NCBI GenBank assembly: GCA_963803145.1
Contig: CAWDLW010000012.1
Span: 64,001 to 128,000 of the forward strand
Length of the DNA stretch: 64,000 nucleotides
Direction: 5' to 3'
Origin: Methanotrichaceae archaeon
GTDB taxonomy: Archaea; Halobacteriota; Methanosarcinia; Methanotrichales; Methanotrichaceae
Shown: one piece after another, positions 1 to 11,065 of the stretch
Position numbering within the stretch: position 1 is the first letter of the stretch
Layout: each line of letters opens with the position of its first letter
The notes under the pieces: generated by a model
Told to the model about the DNA's origin: nothing
The model's input: the letters and a program-made list of their open reading frames with translations, nothing else
The model's database searches: none
Program-made: the position numbers and the translations under genes

Positions 1-147
1 GAATTGCTATAGGACTTTGTTGTGAAATGTGGTTGGCCTGGATATTAAACAAACGATGTACTAATATCAACCAAACCGCGGGATTTAGTAGATATATTAG
101 CAAGGTTACAGAAGGCCGCTAGAAAACCATCTTCCGGGAGCCAAAAA

Positions 148-945
148 ATGGACCGCAAAGATATCGTCAGAAAACAATTCGATCTGCAAGTGCAGAAGTT
201 CAGCGACTGGTCGGTGACCAGGAACGAAGAGTACATGAAGGCGTACTTCGAGTTCATCGGCTTTCAAAAGGAAGATGAACTTTTAGATGTCGCCTGCGGA
301 ACTGGAGATTTCGCCATCTTCTGTGCGAGAAGGATCAAGCGTGTTCACGGCATCGACATCTCGCAGGGGGTAATTGAGCTGGCCAAAAAGAAGGCTCAAG
401 CTGACGGTTTGACCAATATTTCCTTCGAGTGCCATGATGTTGAACACATCCCATTCGCCGACAGCTCGTTTTCGGTCGTGCAGTGCAGATCGGCATTTCA
501 CCACATGGATAATTACCCTCAGGTGTTCGAGGAGATGCTGAGATGCTGCAGGCCTAATGGGCGGCTGGCTGTGCAGGACATAATGGCGTATGAGGATCCG
601 GAGGTCAATTCATTCTTTGAGGCTTTGGAGAAGGAGATCGATGTCAGCCATAATGCAACGCTGCATAAGCGGGAGTTCATCGATCTGTTTGATCGGAATC
701 AGGTTGAGGTGATTCGATCGTGGGTTGTGGAGATAGAGCTGAACTTCCGGGAGTATCTTGGGCATGCGGTTCAGTCTGAGCGGAGCGTTGAGAGGATCGG
801 AGAGATGTTGGAGGAGGGGTTGCAGGATAAGGATGTGTCACGGTTTCTTTATTTGAATGGAGATAAGGAGCTGGTTTTCAAGAGAGGAGTGTTCTTGATA
901 CTTGGGCAGAAAAGGATAGATTTGGTTTATAATCATCGAATGTGA
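148..945 (+). CDS. Class I SAM-dependent methyltransferase (UbiE/Methyltransf_11-like)
   Basis: Motif I LLDVACGTG, then VHGIDIS and IPFADSSFSVV. Confidence 0.85.
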   Translation: MDRKDIVRKQFDLQVQKFSDWSVTRNEEYMKAYFEFIGFQKEDELLDVACGTGDFAIFCARRIKRVHGIDISQGVIELAKKKAQADGLTNISFECHDVEHIPFADSSFSVVQCRSAFHHMDNYPQVFEEMLRCCRPNGRLAVQDIMAYEDPEVNSFFEALEKEIDVSHNATLHKREFIDLFDRNQVEVIRSWVVEIELNFREYLGHAVQSERSVERIGEMLEEGLQDKDVSRFLYLNGDKELVFKRGVFLILGQKRIDLVYNHRM

Positions 946-1155
946 CTATACCCGAGGGCTTATTCTAAGAGATTGCTTGACACAGATCAGCGATATATTG
1001 GATATATGCAACTACTTGACCTACATGCTACTGACCAATTTATAATATTAATCATATCATATTAAGGTTTGAATTAATAGTTAAAGTTACCATATTTGAA
1101 TCATCAAAATAAGCAAAGTTTAAAAAGATTTAAGTATTTCTAAAAGAATTGTTCA

Positions 1156-2385
1156 TTGAGTTTATTTAAATCCGATACAAGTTATATAAGAGGTGGAAAA
1201 ATAACCAAACCGAGTCATTCAGCCCCTGGTCCAGCTTATGGCTATTTTTTCCAACTCGATCGTGCATTATATTGGTTAGCTGAGAGTGGAGATTACGAAG
1301 CCAAAGTGGGCATTGAAACAGATGATGATATAACAAGAAGCGAAAAAGGTAAAACAATTAATGAACAAGATAAATGCTCAATAAAGAGAAATCCATTTTC
1401 AGATAAGAGCGAGGGCCTTTGGAAAACACTGAATATATGGGTTGAAGCAATAATTGAAAAAAGGATTGATATTAATAAGACTCAATTTTATCTAGTTACA
1501 AATAAACAGATACCTAAAGGCTTAGCTACTAAAATTGGCAAAACACAAAAAGATGATAAAGAAATTAGCCAATGTATATATGAATTGAAGGAAATTGGAA
1601 AAACCCTCTCGGAGAGCGTAGCTCCTTTCGCAACAGCAGTGACATCATGCGAAGAAGATATATTGAGAGAACTAATCGATAGAATAAATTATACAAATAC
1701 TGAAACAAATGAAGGAAATGATTTCAAATCAACTATTGCAGCATGTCTAAATATTTCTTCAGAATTACCCGCGGAAGATATTATTAATGATCTATTGGGG
1801 TGGATGCATACAAAAGTAAAAAATCTTTGGGAAAAAGATGAACCTGCTTGGATATCCAAAAGGGAATTTGCGAATAGTTATTCTAGAATTATATCAAAAT
1901 ATAACAAAGGGATATTTAATGAGATTCCGCAGAAAGATTTAACGCCGATATTAAATATTAATAAATCAGAACATTTAAGAAAAAATTTTGTAAATCAACT
2001 GAGAATAATTTCTATAGAAGATAATAACGAGATCTTCGATGCGATAACTGACTTCTTATGTTCGAAGCATGAGCTTACTAGATTTGCTGATGAAGGATCA
2101 ATTACTGACAAGGATATTGAAGCCTTCGAAGGCAGACTAGAAACTAGGTGGAAGAATATTTCTAGAAAATTCAAACATATGATCAGGAAAAGCGAAAGAG
2201 ATGATGAAAAATCAATAGGCAGAGATATTTATTATGAAACAATCACTCATAGAGAGGTTATAGTAAACCAACAGACAGTCGAATATTACTTGACAAGAGG
2301 GACTTACCATAAACTCGCAGATGATTTGACGATCGGATGGCATCCAAATTACAAAAATGAGCTATTTCTAAGGAGAAATAAATGA
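1156..2385 (+). CDS. lmuA: Lamassu/ABC-three-component effector with N-terminal Cap4-like PD-(D/E)xK nuclease (LmuA-like)
   Basis: N-terminal HSAPGPAYGYFFQ...ETDDDI...EQDK; C-terminal RGTYHKLADDLTIGWHP typical of the ABC-3C CTD; first gene of a 3-gene AT-rich operon; start codon uncertain. Confidence 0.75.
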   Translation: MSLFKSDTSYIRGGKITKPSHSAPGPAYGYFFQLDRALYWLAESGDYEAKVGIETDDDITRSEKGKTINEQDKCSIKRNPFSDKSEGLWKTLNIWVEAIIEKRIDINKTQFYLVTNKQIPKGLATKIGKTQKDDKEISQCIYELKEIGKTLSESVAPFATAVTSCEEDILRELIDRINYTNTETNEGNDFKSTIAACLNISSELPAEDIINDLLGWMHTKVKNLWEKDEPAWISKREFANSYSRIISKYNKGIFNEIPQKDLTPILNINKSEHLRKNFVNQLRIISIEDNNEIFDAITDFLCSKHELTRFADEGSITDKDIEAFEGRLETRWKNISRKFKHMIRKSERDDEKSIGRDIYYETITHREVIVNQQTVEYYLTRGTYHKLADDLTIGWHPNYKNELFLRRNK

Positions 2386-2861
2386 GAAGTATAAAAGAAT
2401 ACTCTATAGTGCAAAATTATGCCCTTGGTGCCTTGGCATTATGGAATTTTAGCTATGAATTTTATAAAAACAGCGAGAATAAACAAGGTCCAACCTTGCC
2501 TTTATTAATGCTTGTATTACCTATGGTTCTGCATAAAGAAACTGTATTATCAATATATACCAGACAAAAGGAGGGTGGATTTTATCGGGCAATTACTGAG
2601 AATAAAATTATCCAGGTAGGTCTTCAGCAGCGTATGGAAGCAATGTCTGAGAAGACATTGCGATCATTAAATCTTGCATTCGCTTCAGATATTCTGGGGT
2701 ATAATAAATCGAATACTCAAATTATTCCAAAACAAAAGCCGCCATCTGCTAGTATGTATAATGATGAGACAAATAAGATTATTCGTGCCTCCCAAAGGTT
2801 AGGTTATTGGTTCGCTGAATTAAGCCTTGAGCAGATTTGCCTCTATTTGAAAATCAGGTAG
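2382..2861 (+). CDS. lmuC: ABC-three-component middle component (LmuC-like)
   Basis: 159 aa, ATGA overlap with the effector gene; LLMLVLPMVLH and RLGYWF motifs; lies between effector and SMC-like ATPase. Confidence 0.7.
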   Translation: MRSIKEYSIVQNYALGALALWNFSYEFYKNSENKQGPTLPLLMLVLPMVLHKETVLSIYTRQKEGGFYRAITENKIIQVGLQQRMEAMSEKTLRSLNLAFASDILGYNKSNTQIIPKQKPPSASMYNDETNKIIRASQRLGYWFAELSLEQICLYLKIR

Positions 2862-2867
2862 TAATTA

Positions 2868-4354
2868 ATGGAATTGAAAATTGAAAAGATTATTTTATGG
2901 CCAAAAGATATTTCAAAAGATAAGCGCGAAATTGAATTTAAAAAGGATAAAGTCAATGTCATTACTGGTCAAAGTCAAACAGGAAAATCTGCACTTATAC
3001 CCATAGTAGATTATTGCTTGGGCAGCAACAAATGCGCAATACCGGTAAGGATCATAAGGAATAAAGTAGAATGGTTCGAGATACTAATAGATTTAGGTTT
3101 TACGCAAATGCTTCTGGCAAGAAGAGAGCCTGGAGGTCAAGATCAAACGTCTGACATGTACATGTTCGAATCTGCATCGATAGAAGAAATTCATCGACCA
3201 TATAAGACTTGTAATACTGACGCTGTCAAAAATAGACTTAATGAGTTATCTGGCTTATCTAACTTAGATTTCGCGGATACGGATATACAGGTCTCCTTCA
3301 AAAATCCTCCAAGCATCCGTGACATGAGCGCATTTGAATTTCAGCCTCAGCATATTATCGCTAATCCCTACACGCTATTTTTCAAGGCAGATACATCTGA
3401 GCATCAAGAAAAGTTGAAAACGATATTTCCTTTGGCGCTTGGCATTATTGATAACAAAACTTTGAAACTAAAGAGCGAATTAAAAGATTTAGAAAAAATC
3501 CTTAAAATCAAACAGAAAGAATTGGATGATAAAAAAGTTGCATCTGAAACTTGGATGGCAAATATTAAGGCTTTTTATGCTTATAGTAAGGAGTTAGGTC
3601 TACTGCCTAATGCGCCTGATTCTATTAGAATGGAAGGATCTACCTCACAAGAATATATTAGCTATTTAGAATCAATACCAAGGTATATTTCAGAATCAAA
3701 TCTACCGGAAGCCGAAGAAGGTAACACAGAGCGAGCAGTAACTTGGTTAACAGAATTGAAACAAGAGGAGGAAGAAATTGCCCATAAAATTGAAATTCGC
3801 CGAATTGAGTTATCTAAGATGGAACAACTTTCGATGGCAGAAAGTTATTACGAATCTGCGCTAACAATCCAACAACAACGACTAGAAGGAACCAATTGGT
3901 TTTCAAATAGATTAAGCGAAAATCCGGTATGCCCTTTCTGTGAATCGAAAAATGAATTAGCATTAGAAAACCTCAAAGAACTTATTAGCCTAATTGATGA
4001 GGTTCTTATTTCTTCCAGAGAAGTAAAAAAAATAACTCCCATATTGGATAAAGAGATGGGTAACCTAAAGAGAGAATTAAGGAGTTTAGAGAATACTTTA
4101 AAAAGTAAAAGAATACAAATAAATTTACTTGAAAAGAATGAAAAAAGACAATCATCAAATGAAATATATCGATTTGTTGGTCGCCTAGAGCAGTCGCTCA
4201 ACACTATTTCAGATGTGCAATCTGGTAGTGATTTGACAAAAGAAGTAAATAACTTACGGAATGAAATTGAAAATATTAAATCACAACTTAATCCAATGGG
4301 GGAAAGAAGACGCTTAGAATTAGCGATCTCCGAAATATCAAAAAATATTGCATG
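2868..4354 (+). pseudogene. lmuB: SMC/Rad50-like ABC ATPase (LmuB/DUF3732-like), 3' truncated by IS5
   Basis: Walker A GQSQTGKS, long coiled coils, CPFC zinc hook; the C-terminal ATPase half is absent; the ORF reads into the IS end at 4355 and stops at 4460. Confidence 0.75.
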
Positions 4355-5492
4355 GAGGATTCCTATTTACTTGTATCCTAAGGGCGGTTTTTTTAAATCG
4401 ACTCTAGATTTGCCTTACGATGTTCGCTATTCTTGGTCTAACCTGTTTTTTTTCAGTTAATTCTCGATAGCATCCGCTATCCCTAAATGACATTTGCCTT
4501 TTTAAGAGTACAAAGCTGATACAAGTTAAAAGCGAAAGCGGTAACTATCATTTTCACATGCACTCTTCTGACTGATGTAACAAGCACTCTTCCAGCCTCG
4601 AAAACCCTCTTGATTACAGCATGGGGCCTTTCGCCAGGCGATCTGAGGATACTGATCAACTGATTGCGTTCTTTATCAAGATCAGAAAGAGGTTTATCAG
4701 TAGTCCTGCGCTTCATTGTAAAATCAATACCTTTGGCCTTCACACCGAAATATCCTCTATCTCTGAAAACTGGCACGCCAGGGATAGAGAGATCAACCTG
4801 ACTGTCATGCAGTGATGCAGTCGAGGTCTCTATATCACGTATTAGGCTGTAATCGATATCAGTTATTTGATGTAACTTATATCCGAAGTGAGTTTCATTG
4901 CCTTTCTTAGCCCATGTGCCATCCTTGCTGCGACGTGTCTTAGCCTCATCGCCACGTGGTTTCTTTGACTCCGATGATCCTGGATCTGCTTCTATAAAGG
5001 TAGCATCCTGAACAATTCCGCGTCTGATCTTCAATCCTTTTGCATCCAACTGTCTTTGAAGTTCAGCCCAAACAAGCCTATCTGTTCCTGTCTCCGCCAT
5101 TCGTTCTTTGAATGACCATATAGTTCTGGAATCAGGGAACTGATCAGGAAAACCAAGAAATGCCATAAATGATATGCGATCAGCCATTTGCCGTTCAACA
5201 GCCAGATCGCTCAGGCCATACCACTGCTGGAGAATCAGGATCCTGAACATTAGAATAACATCACAGTTGGGCCTTCCTCCCTTCTCGGTCTTATTAGTAT
5301 ACATCCCTTCCAGAAGAGGACGAAAGGGAACCCAATTGATCAATCCAGATACTTGAGCTAATTTAGACTCCTCTTGCTTTGCATTTAGACCTTTCAATAC
5401 CCAAGTAGTAAAAGAATCCATAACAATAAATACTATTTGCTGTATTTAACACTTTCGATGCTAAAGCAGGGGGTAGGTTTATAGGAATCCTC
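4355..5492 (-). mobile_element. IS5-family insertion sequence (1138 bp)
   Basis: Terminal inverted repeat GAGGATTCCTAT at 4355-4366 and its reverse complement at 5481-5492; single transposase; no target-site duplication visible. Confidence 0.85.
4483..5421 (-). CDS. IS5-family DDE transposase
   Basis: QQWYGLSD, QDATFI, FGYKLH, RDRGY and RSPGERP motifs. Confidence 0.9.
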   Translation of the reverse strand: MDSFTTWVLKGLNAKQEESKLAQVSGLINWVPFRPLLEGMYTNKTEKGGRPNCDVILMFRILILQQWYGLSDLAVERQMADRISFMAFLGFPDQFPDSRTIWSFKERMAETGTDRLVWAELQRQLDAKGLKIRRGIVQDATFIEADPGSSESKKPRGDEAKTRRSKDGTWAKKGNETHFGYKLHQITDIDYSLIRDIETSTASLHDSQVDLSIPGVPVFRDRGYFGVKAKGIDFTMKRRTTDKPLSDLDKERNQLISILRSPGERPHAVIKRVFEAGRVLVTSVRRVHVKMIVTAFAFNLYQLCTLKKANVI

Positions 5493-5637
5493 TCTGAGTT
5501 GTGAGATTATTCCAATTTACAATTTATTTAAAACCGACTTCAACGCGAGCATAACCAAACTTCATGCGATACTATTTTCACATACTCTACAGTGAAAGAT
5601 GAAACTAAAAGGTAAAGGTAAGAACTTTTGTCTTACC

Positions 5638-6978
5638 TTAAGGTCCATAAAGTTTCTGCAGTCCTGCAATATCCTGTGTAGTCAATGTTCTTTTTACACT
5701 GCCGTCGTTGTAGCCGTACATAACCTTATCCGAGTTCGATTTGGCATAAAGATCGCTTAAGCCAAGAGTATGTCCAAGCTCATGCAATGATATAGTCTGG
5801 ACGTCATATGCTCCTTTGCTAGTATCGCCATCTGGGGCTATCCGCCAATTGAAATTCGCATTATACCAGCAGTCGGACTCTAGGACTTTACTGCGAGAAA
5901 CGCCGTCATACGATACGACTTTATCTGATTTACTGTTACTGTACCAGGTTATTGTCAAAGCTAGGATGCTTGAACCTTTGCCAAAGCCGGTTGTCCAAGC
6001 CTCTGTGTTCTTGCCATCCTGGGCTGGCCTATTACTATATTTAGGAGTATAAGTTGTTATTGCAACGGCTGCATTACCTGTACTTGGATCATTATTGTTA
6101 TCAATCCCTAAGAACAGATCCTCATTTGTCTGACTATCCCATGTATTGGCAGCTTTGCAGATCGCTTTTGCTGCGGCTGTCTTAGCATCATCTTGGCCAT
6201 TGGCTAAGTTGCCAGGGACGGATGAACCGGAAAGCTGCATTTGTTTCTGAGCATTATCAGGCCATCTCCAGCCTGCAAACAGGTATCCATTGCTTTCACT
6301 AGTGGCCGAAGCCGCAGGTTTTACCGCATATTTTCCAGAGTGCACTATATTTGCGGCAGTCAGCCCAAATTCCCCCATGCCGCCATTGGAGGCCTGGTTG
6401 ATACCCTGCACAGTTAAAGCCGAATCACCGGATGAAAGGAATTGAGCTACATCATCATTATAACACTCCGCGCCGAGAACTGTTGCTGTTCCTGCTATTG
6501 ATGCTTTATCCATGTCGGCGGACGATGTCAGATCTGACTGAAGATTCCCGTCCTGCGAATACCCACCTGCTATCAAAACAGTATTCGCTTCTGAGACAGA
6601 AGCGCTCTCGATGAATCCGTTCTCACCAGAGATACTTGTGCTTATATCCGTAAATCCAGCATCATTCAATGCTGCACTTTTTGAAGTGCCGCTTATTTTG
6701 CCTAAGCTGGATATTGTGTTCTCTAAAGTATATTGTCCGCCTGACATAGTTTCCGTTAAGTTGTTCTGGCCTGACCCTTCAACCTGACGTTCCTGATATG
6801 CTGTTCCCTGTCCTAGGATTTCATTAAGGCCAAGTTCAGTGGATGTATCAAGATTATAGCTGCCTGACATTGAAACTGAGCCAGATGATCCTCCTGCACA
6901 GACAGAGAAGTCCAATCCATATGCACATGTGGCGAAGATTACGACCAACGATAAAAGTATCATAGAGATTTTTGACAC
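5638..6978 (-). CDS. Secreted matrixin (M10)-family zinc metalloprotease
   Basis: Signal peptide; HELGHTLGL zinc motif, Met-turn VMYGY, QDIAGLQKLYG end. Confidence 0.8.
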   Translation of the reverse strand: MSKISMILLSLVVIFATCAYGLDFSVCAGGSSGSVSMSGSYNLDTSTELGLNEILGQGTAYQERQVEGSGQNNLTETMSGGQYTLENTISSLGKISGTSKSAALNDAGFTDISTSISGENGFIESASVSEANTVLIAGGYSQDGNLQSDLTSSADMDKASIAGTATVLGAECYNDDVAQFLSSGDSALTVQGINQASNGGMGEFGLTAANIVHSGKYAVKPAASATSESNGYLFAGWRWPDNAQKQMQLSGSSVPGNLANGQDDAKTAAAKAICKAANTWDSQTNEDLFLGIDNNNDPSTGNAAVAITTYTPKYSNRPAQDGKNTEAWTTGFGKGSSILALTITWYSNSKSDKVVSYDGVSRSKVLESDCWYNANFNWRIAPDGDTSKGAYDVQTISLHELGHTLGLSDLYAKSNSDKVMYGYNDGSVKRTLTTQDIAGLQKLYGP

Positions 6979-7366
6979 TTTATTTCCTTTAGGAATTTCT
7001 ATCCCTCCAGATTATAGGTTCTATACTATTGTTACTATTGTCGAATTATTACGATTGCACTTTCAGAGATTTTAGCTCCAAGGGCAAATCCAAATACATT
7101 AAATAAAAGAGCGTCTCATATAATTAAATATTACGTAGTTGATCTTATACAAGATGATGATTTATCAGTATCAAAGCACCGTACTATTGCAATAACTAAA
7201 GCGAAGAAAGCTAGACTGCTCAATACGCACTTCCCTAACTTCTGGTTATAGGCATATTCCATGGATTAATTACACTTTTAACAGACTAACTAAGGAATAT
7301 ACAGGATACTTACGCTCCACTCGAATAAGCTTTAGATACTTGGTCTTCACTAGACTTCATCCGAGT

Positions 7367-10300
7367 ATGAGCGCAGATCCTGTTGCCAAGTGGGAAGAGT
7401 TTCTAAGATCGCGTTACTGGGACGAGCTTCTTGAGCTTGCGGACTCCTACCCTGATGAGCGAAGCCTGATAATTAGCTTCTCTGATCTGGACAGATACGA
7501 TCCGGATTTCGCCGAGGAGCTTCTGGATAATCCTGATCAGATCCTGGAGGCAGCTGGGCTTACGCTATTAGAGATCGACCTTCCGATGGATGTATACCTT
7601 GATCGCGCTCATGTCAGGATCATTGAGCTGCCCAGGCATTATAAGACCCGTGAGCTGCGCTCCGATCATATCGGAAAGCTGATCGCAATTGAAGGTCTTG
7701 TGCGAACTGCCACGGAGGTCAGACCGAAGATCATATCTGCGGCATTCCAGTGCCAGAGATGCGGCTACACATTTCAAAAGGAGCAGACAGGCACGAAGTT
7801 CGATGACCAGAATCTTAAGTGCCAGAACCAGGGATGCGACCGCGGCGGGCCCTTCAAACTAGTCCTCTCCAAGAGCAAATTTGTGGATGCCCAGAAGATT
7901 CGCGTGCAGGAGTCTCCGGAAGATCTGCGTGGAGGCGAGCAGCCTCAGACATTGGATGTTGAGCTTGAGGATGACCTTGCAGGCAAGATCTTTCCGGGCG
8001 ACCGTGTAATCATAAATGGCATACTCAAGTCCTACCAGCGCTCAACACCTCAGGCTGGCAAGAGCACATACTTCGATCTTTTCCATAAAGGCATCTCAGT
8101 TGAGATGAAGGAGCAGGAGTTCGAGGAGATTGAGATCTCGCCTGAGGAGGAAAAGGCAATCCATGAGATGTCAAGAGACCCCGAGATCTATGAGAAGATA
8201 AAGAAATCCATTGCGCCATCAATCTTCGGCTATGATGATGTAAAGGAGGCACTTGCGCTTCAGCTTGTATCAGGATTCGAGAAGAAGCTTCCCGATGGGG
8301 CGAGGATCAGGGGAGATATCCACATCCTTCTCGTTGGAGACCCGGGAATTGCCAAGAGCCAGCTGCTCAGATATATGACGAAGATTTCGCCCCGTGGGAT
8401 TTACACATCGGGCAAAAGCACAACCTCTGCAGGCCTAACTGCCACAGCAGTGAAGGATGAGCTGGGCGATGGAAGATGGACCATTGAGGCAGGAGCGCTC
8501 GTGCTGGCTGATAAGGGCATCGCAGCCGTGGACGAGCTGGATAAGATGGACAATGAGGATAAAAGCTCACTGCATGAAGCGATGGAGCAGCAGAGCTATC
8601 ATCCCTCAACTGAGATCCAGCTTTCAGACGGCCGCAAAATGTTGATCGGCGAACTTGTGGATAATCTGATGGCGAGCTGCAAAGACGAAGTTATCAAAGG
8701 AAACGACTGCGAAATCTTGTCGCTAAACAAGGAAGTAAAAATACAAAGCTCTGATATGAGCTGTATCTTTGAGCTTCCTGTAAGCAGGGTAAGCAGGCAC
8801 CATGCTCCCGACCACTTCATCCGAATCAAATATTCTAACGGCCGTGGAATACTTGTCACTCCAGAGCATCCTATTTACATAGCAAATGAGGGAATCGCAT
8901 GTGTCCCTGCGTGCGAAGTCGAGATAGGAGATCTTGCACCTGCGCCAAGACATATTACCTGCAGCGATGATGGCCAGAATCTCGTTCAATTGGAAAAGAA
9001 CCATCCAGGCGAGAAGCCGCTGAAGTTCCCTGAAAGATTGAACCCTGATCTATCGAGGATATTGGGATATCTTACAGCAGAAGGTCATTTCTATAAAGGG
9101 TCCCGCCACGAGATTGGTTTTACAAATAAGGACGAGAGGCTTCTTGGAGATATGTCGCATCTTATGAAAGGAGTCTTCAATATCGAGTCATCCAAGAACG
9201 AGAGACACGATGGCGTTACAACCTTGAGTTTCATCTCGACACGCATTTACAGATGGTTTGAAACCAATTTTTCTGAGATTATGCATACTGATAGAGATAA
9301 AAGAACGCCAGTTGCTCTCTTCAGAGGCACCGAGGATGATATTCGTGAATATTTAAGTGCCGCATTCCTCGGCGATGGCTGCGTGCACTCAACATCAGTT
9401 GCATATTCAACAATATCCAGAGGGCTCGCTGAGGATTATCAGGATCTTCTGATCAGGCTGGGCGTATCGTCTCGGATAACCATAGACCGGAAAGCAAACG
9501 CCTTCAAGGTCTGTATAATGGGAGATTCCCACAGCAGGTTCGAACAGCTTTTCTTCTGCTCTGGCCACGATAAACTTGAGCAGATGAAGAGGATTACCTC
9601 GGCATCTAATAGGTCTATACGCCATCATGATGTCCTTCCTTCCGAAACTGCCTATTCGATACTTGAAATGAAAAAAGCTCTGGGCCTTACGAACGATGGG
9701 CGATTCAACGAGCATTTAGACCGCAGTTATGGATTGACCGCCGATACCATTTCAGGATGCGTATCAGAGCTAAGAAGCAGGTATGCTGAAGTATCGGCTT
9801 CGGTGAACGATGAGATAGCATTGCCCAAGATAAGATCACTGCTTGGATGGTCGCAAAGTTATATGGCGTCAATTATAGGCGTAACGCGCGGCAATATAGA
9901 TTACTACGAGGATGGCGGATATGATGACATAAGTAGGGCAGATATATCCAGGCAGGCATCCAAAGAAGTCCAATCGTATCTGGAGAAGACTAATGAGGGC
10001 ATCGAAGCCCTCGAAAAGATGCTATCTTCAGATATCCGATATTTGAGAGTCGTTGAAGTCAGCATAGTGCCGAATAGCGGAGAATACTTCGCAAATTACG
10101 TTTATGATGTAACAGTTGAGCCCACTCATACTTTTATATCGCAAGGCCTTATACTCCACAATACAATCAGCGTAGCCAAGGCCGGCGTCATGGCAACATT
10201 GAAATCCCGCTGCTCCCTTCTGGCCGCAGCCAACCCGAAGCTTGGGCGATTCGATAGGTATGAATCCATTGCCCCGCAGATCAACCTAACTCCAGCGCTC

Positions 10301-11026
10301 ATGTCCAGGTTTGACTTGATATTCATTTTGACCGATGACCCTGATACAAATCGTGACTCACAGATAGCCGAGCATATCCTGAAGAGCAATTATGCCGGAG
10401 AGCTCTCCACCCAAATCGCGTGGAATCCTAATATCACTCAGGATGAGATCGATGCTGCGATGGTTGTTATAAAGCCTGAGATTGATCCCGATAGGCTCAG
10501 GAAGTACGTGGCCTATGCTCGGAAGAAAATCTTCCCTACTCTCACTGATGAGGTCCGGGAGCGCCTCAAGGGCTATTATGTGAGCCTGCGAAGCCAGGGC
10601 CAGGATAGCAATAAACCTGTTCCCGTGACTGCCCGTCAGCTAGAGGCCCTTGTGCGCCTGGGCGAGGCCAGTGCTAGGCTGCGGCTCAGCAACAATGTCG
10701 TGATGGAGGATGCAGAGAGGGCCATAAGGATATTCATAGCCTGTATGAGGAAGGTTGGGATAGATCCAGATACGGGGCTGCTGGACGTTGATGTGATCAG
10801 CACAGGCATATCTAAAAGCACCAGGGATAAAACTAAATTGATGAAAGACATAATCGGAGACATCAGCAAAGAGAACCAGGGTCTTGCCCCGAAAGATGCA
10901 GTTCTTGACAGGGCAAAAGAGATAGGGTTAGATCGAAGCCGAGCTGAGGAGATTATCGAAAGATTCAAAAGAGATGGCGATATCTTCGAGCCTAGAATTG
11001 GAATGCTAAAATTGACTCATATATGA
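7367..11026 (+). CDS. mcm: Replicative helicase MCM containing one intein
   Basis: Zn finger CQRC...CQNQGC, Walker A GDPGIAKS, Walker B VDELDK, arginine finger SRFD, TARQLE; ATG 7367 preferred over TTG 7340. Confidence 0.95.
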   Translation: MSADPVAKWEEFLRSRYWDELLELADSYPDERSLIISFSDLDRYDPDFAEELLDNPDQILEAAGLTLLEIDLPMDVYLDRAHVRIIELPRHYKTRELRSDHIGKLIAIEGLVRTATEVRPKIISAAFQCQRCGYTFQKEQTGTKFDDQNLKCQNQGCDRGGPFKLVLSKSKFVDAQKIRVQESPEDLRGGEQPQTLDVELEDDLAGKIFPGDRVIINGILKSYQRSTPQAGKSTYFDLFHKGISVEMKEQEFEEIEISPEEEKAIHEMSRDPEIYEKIKKSIAPSIFGYDDVKEALALQLVSGFEKKLPDGARIRGDIHILLVGDPGIAKSQLLRYMTKISPRGIYTSGKSTTSAGLTATAVKDELGDGRWTIEAGALVLADKGIAAVDELDKMDNEDKSSLHEAMEQQSYHPSTEIQLSDGRKMLIGELVDNLMASCKDEVIKGNDCEILSLNKEVKIQSSDMSCIFELPVSRVSRHHAPDHFIRIKYSNGRGILVTPEHPIYIANEGIACVPACEVEIGDLAPAPRHITCSDDGQNLVQLEKNHPGEKPLKFPERLNPDLSRILGYLTAEGHFYKGSRHEIGFTNKDERLLGDMSHLMKGVFNIESSKNERHDGVTTLSFISTRIYRWFETNFSEIMHTDRDKRTPVALFRGTEDDIREYLSAAFLGDGCVHSTSVAYSTISRGLAEDYQDLLIRLGVSSRITIDRKANAFKVCIMGDSHSRFEQLFFCSGHDKLEQMKRITSASNRSIRHHDVLPSETAYSILEMKKALGLTNDGRFNEHLDRSYGLTADTISGCVSELRSRYAEVSASVNDEIALPKIRSLLGWSQSYMASIIGVTRGNIDYYEDGGYDDISRADISRQASKEVQSYLEKTNEGIEALEKMLSSDIRYLRVVEVSIVPNSGEYFANYVYDVTVEPTHTFISQGLILHNTISVAKAGVMATLKSRCSLLAAANPKLGRFDRYESIAPQINLTPALMSRFDLIFILTDDPDTNRDSQIAEHILKSNYAGELSTQIAWNPNITQDEIDAAMVVIKPEIDPDRLRKYVAYARKKIFPTLTDEVRERLKGYYVSLRSQGQDSNKPVPVTARQLEALVRLGEASARLRLSNNVVMEDAERAIRIFIACMRKVGIDPDTGLLDVDVISTGISKSTRDKTKLMKDIIGDISKENQGLAPKDAVLDRAKEIGLDRSRAEEIIERFKRDGDIFEPRIGMLKLTHI
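8594..10162 (+). mobile_element. 523-aa intein with LAGLIDADG homing endonuclease inside MCM
   Basis: Inserted between HEAMEQQ and TISVAKAG; starts SYHP, block B VTPEHP, LGYLTAEG and AFLGDG motifs, ends YVYDVTV...ILHN/T. Confidence 0.92.
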
Positions 11027-11065
11027 ATTAATTCGTATACAATTACAACTATTAATACTACTGAT

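Noticed and set aside
4355-4460. C-terminus WRIPIYLYP...FFFS of the 530-aa ORF
   Set aside because: Read-through into the IS5 end, not part of LmuB
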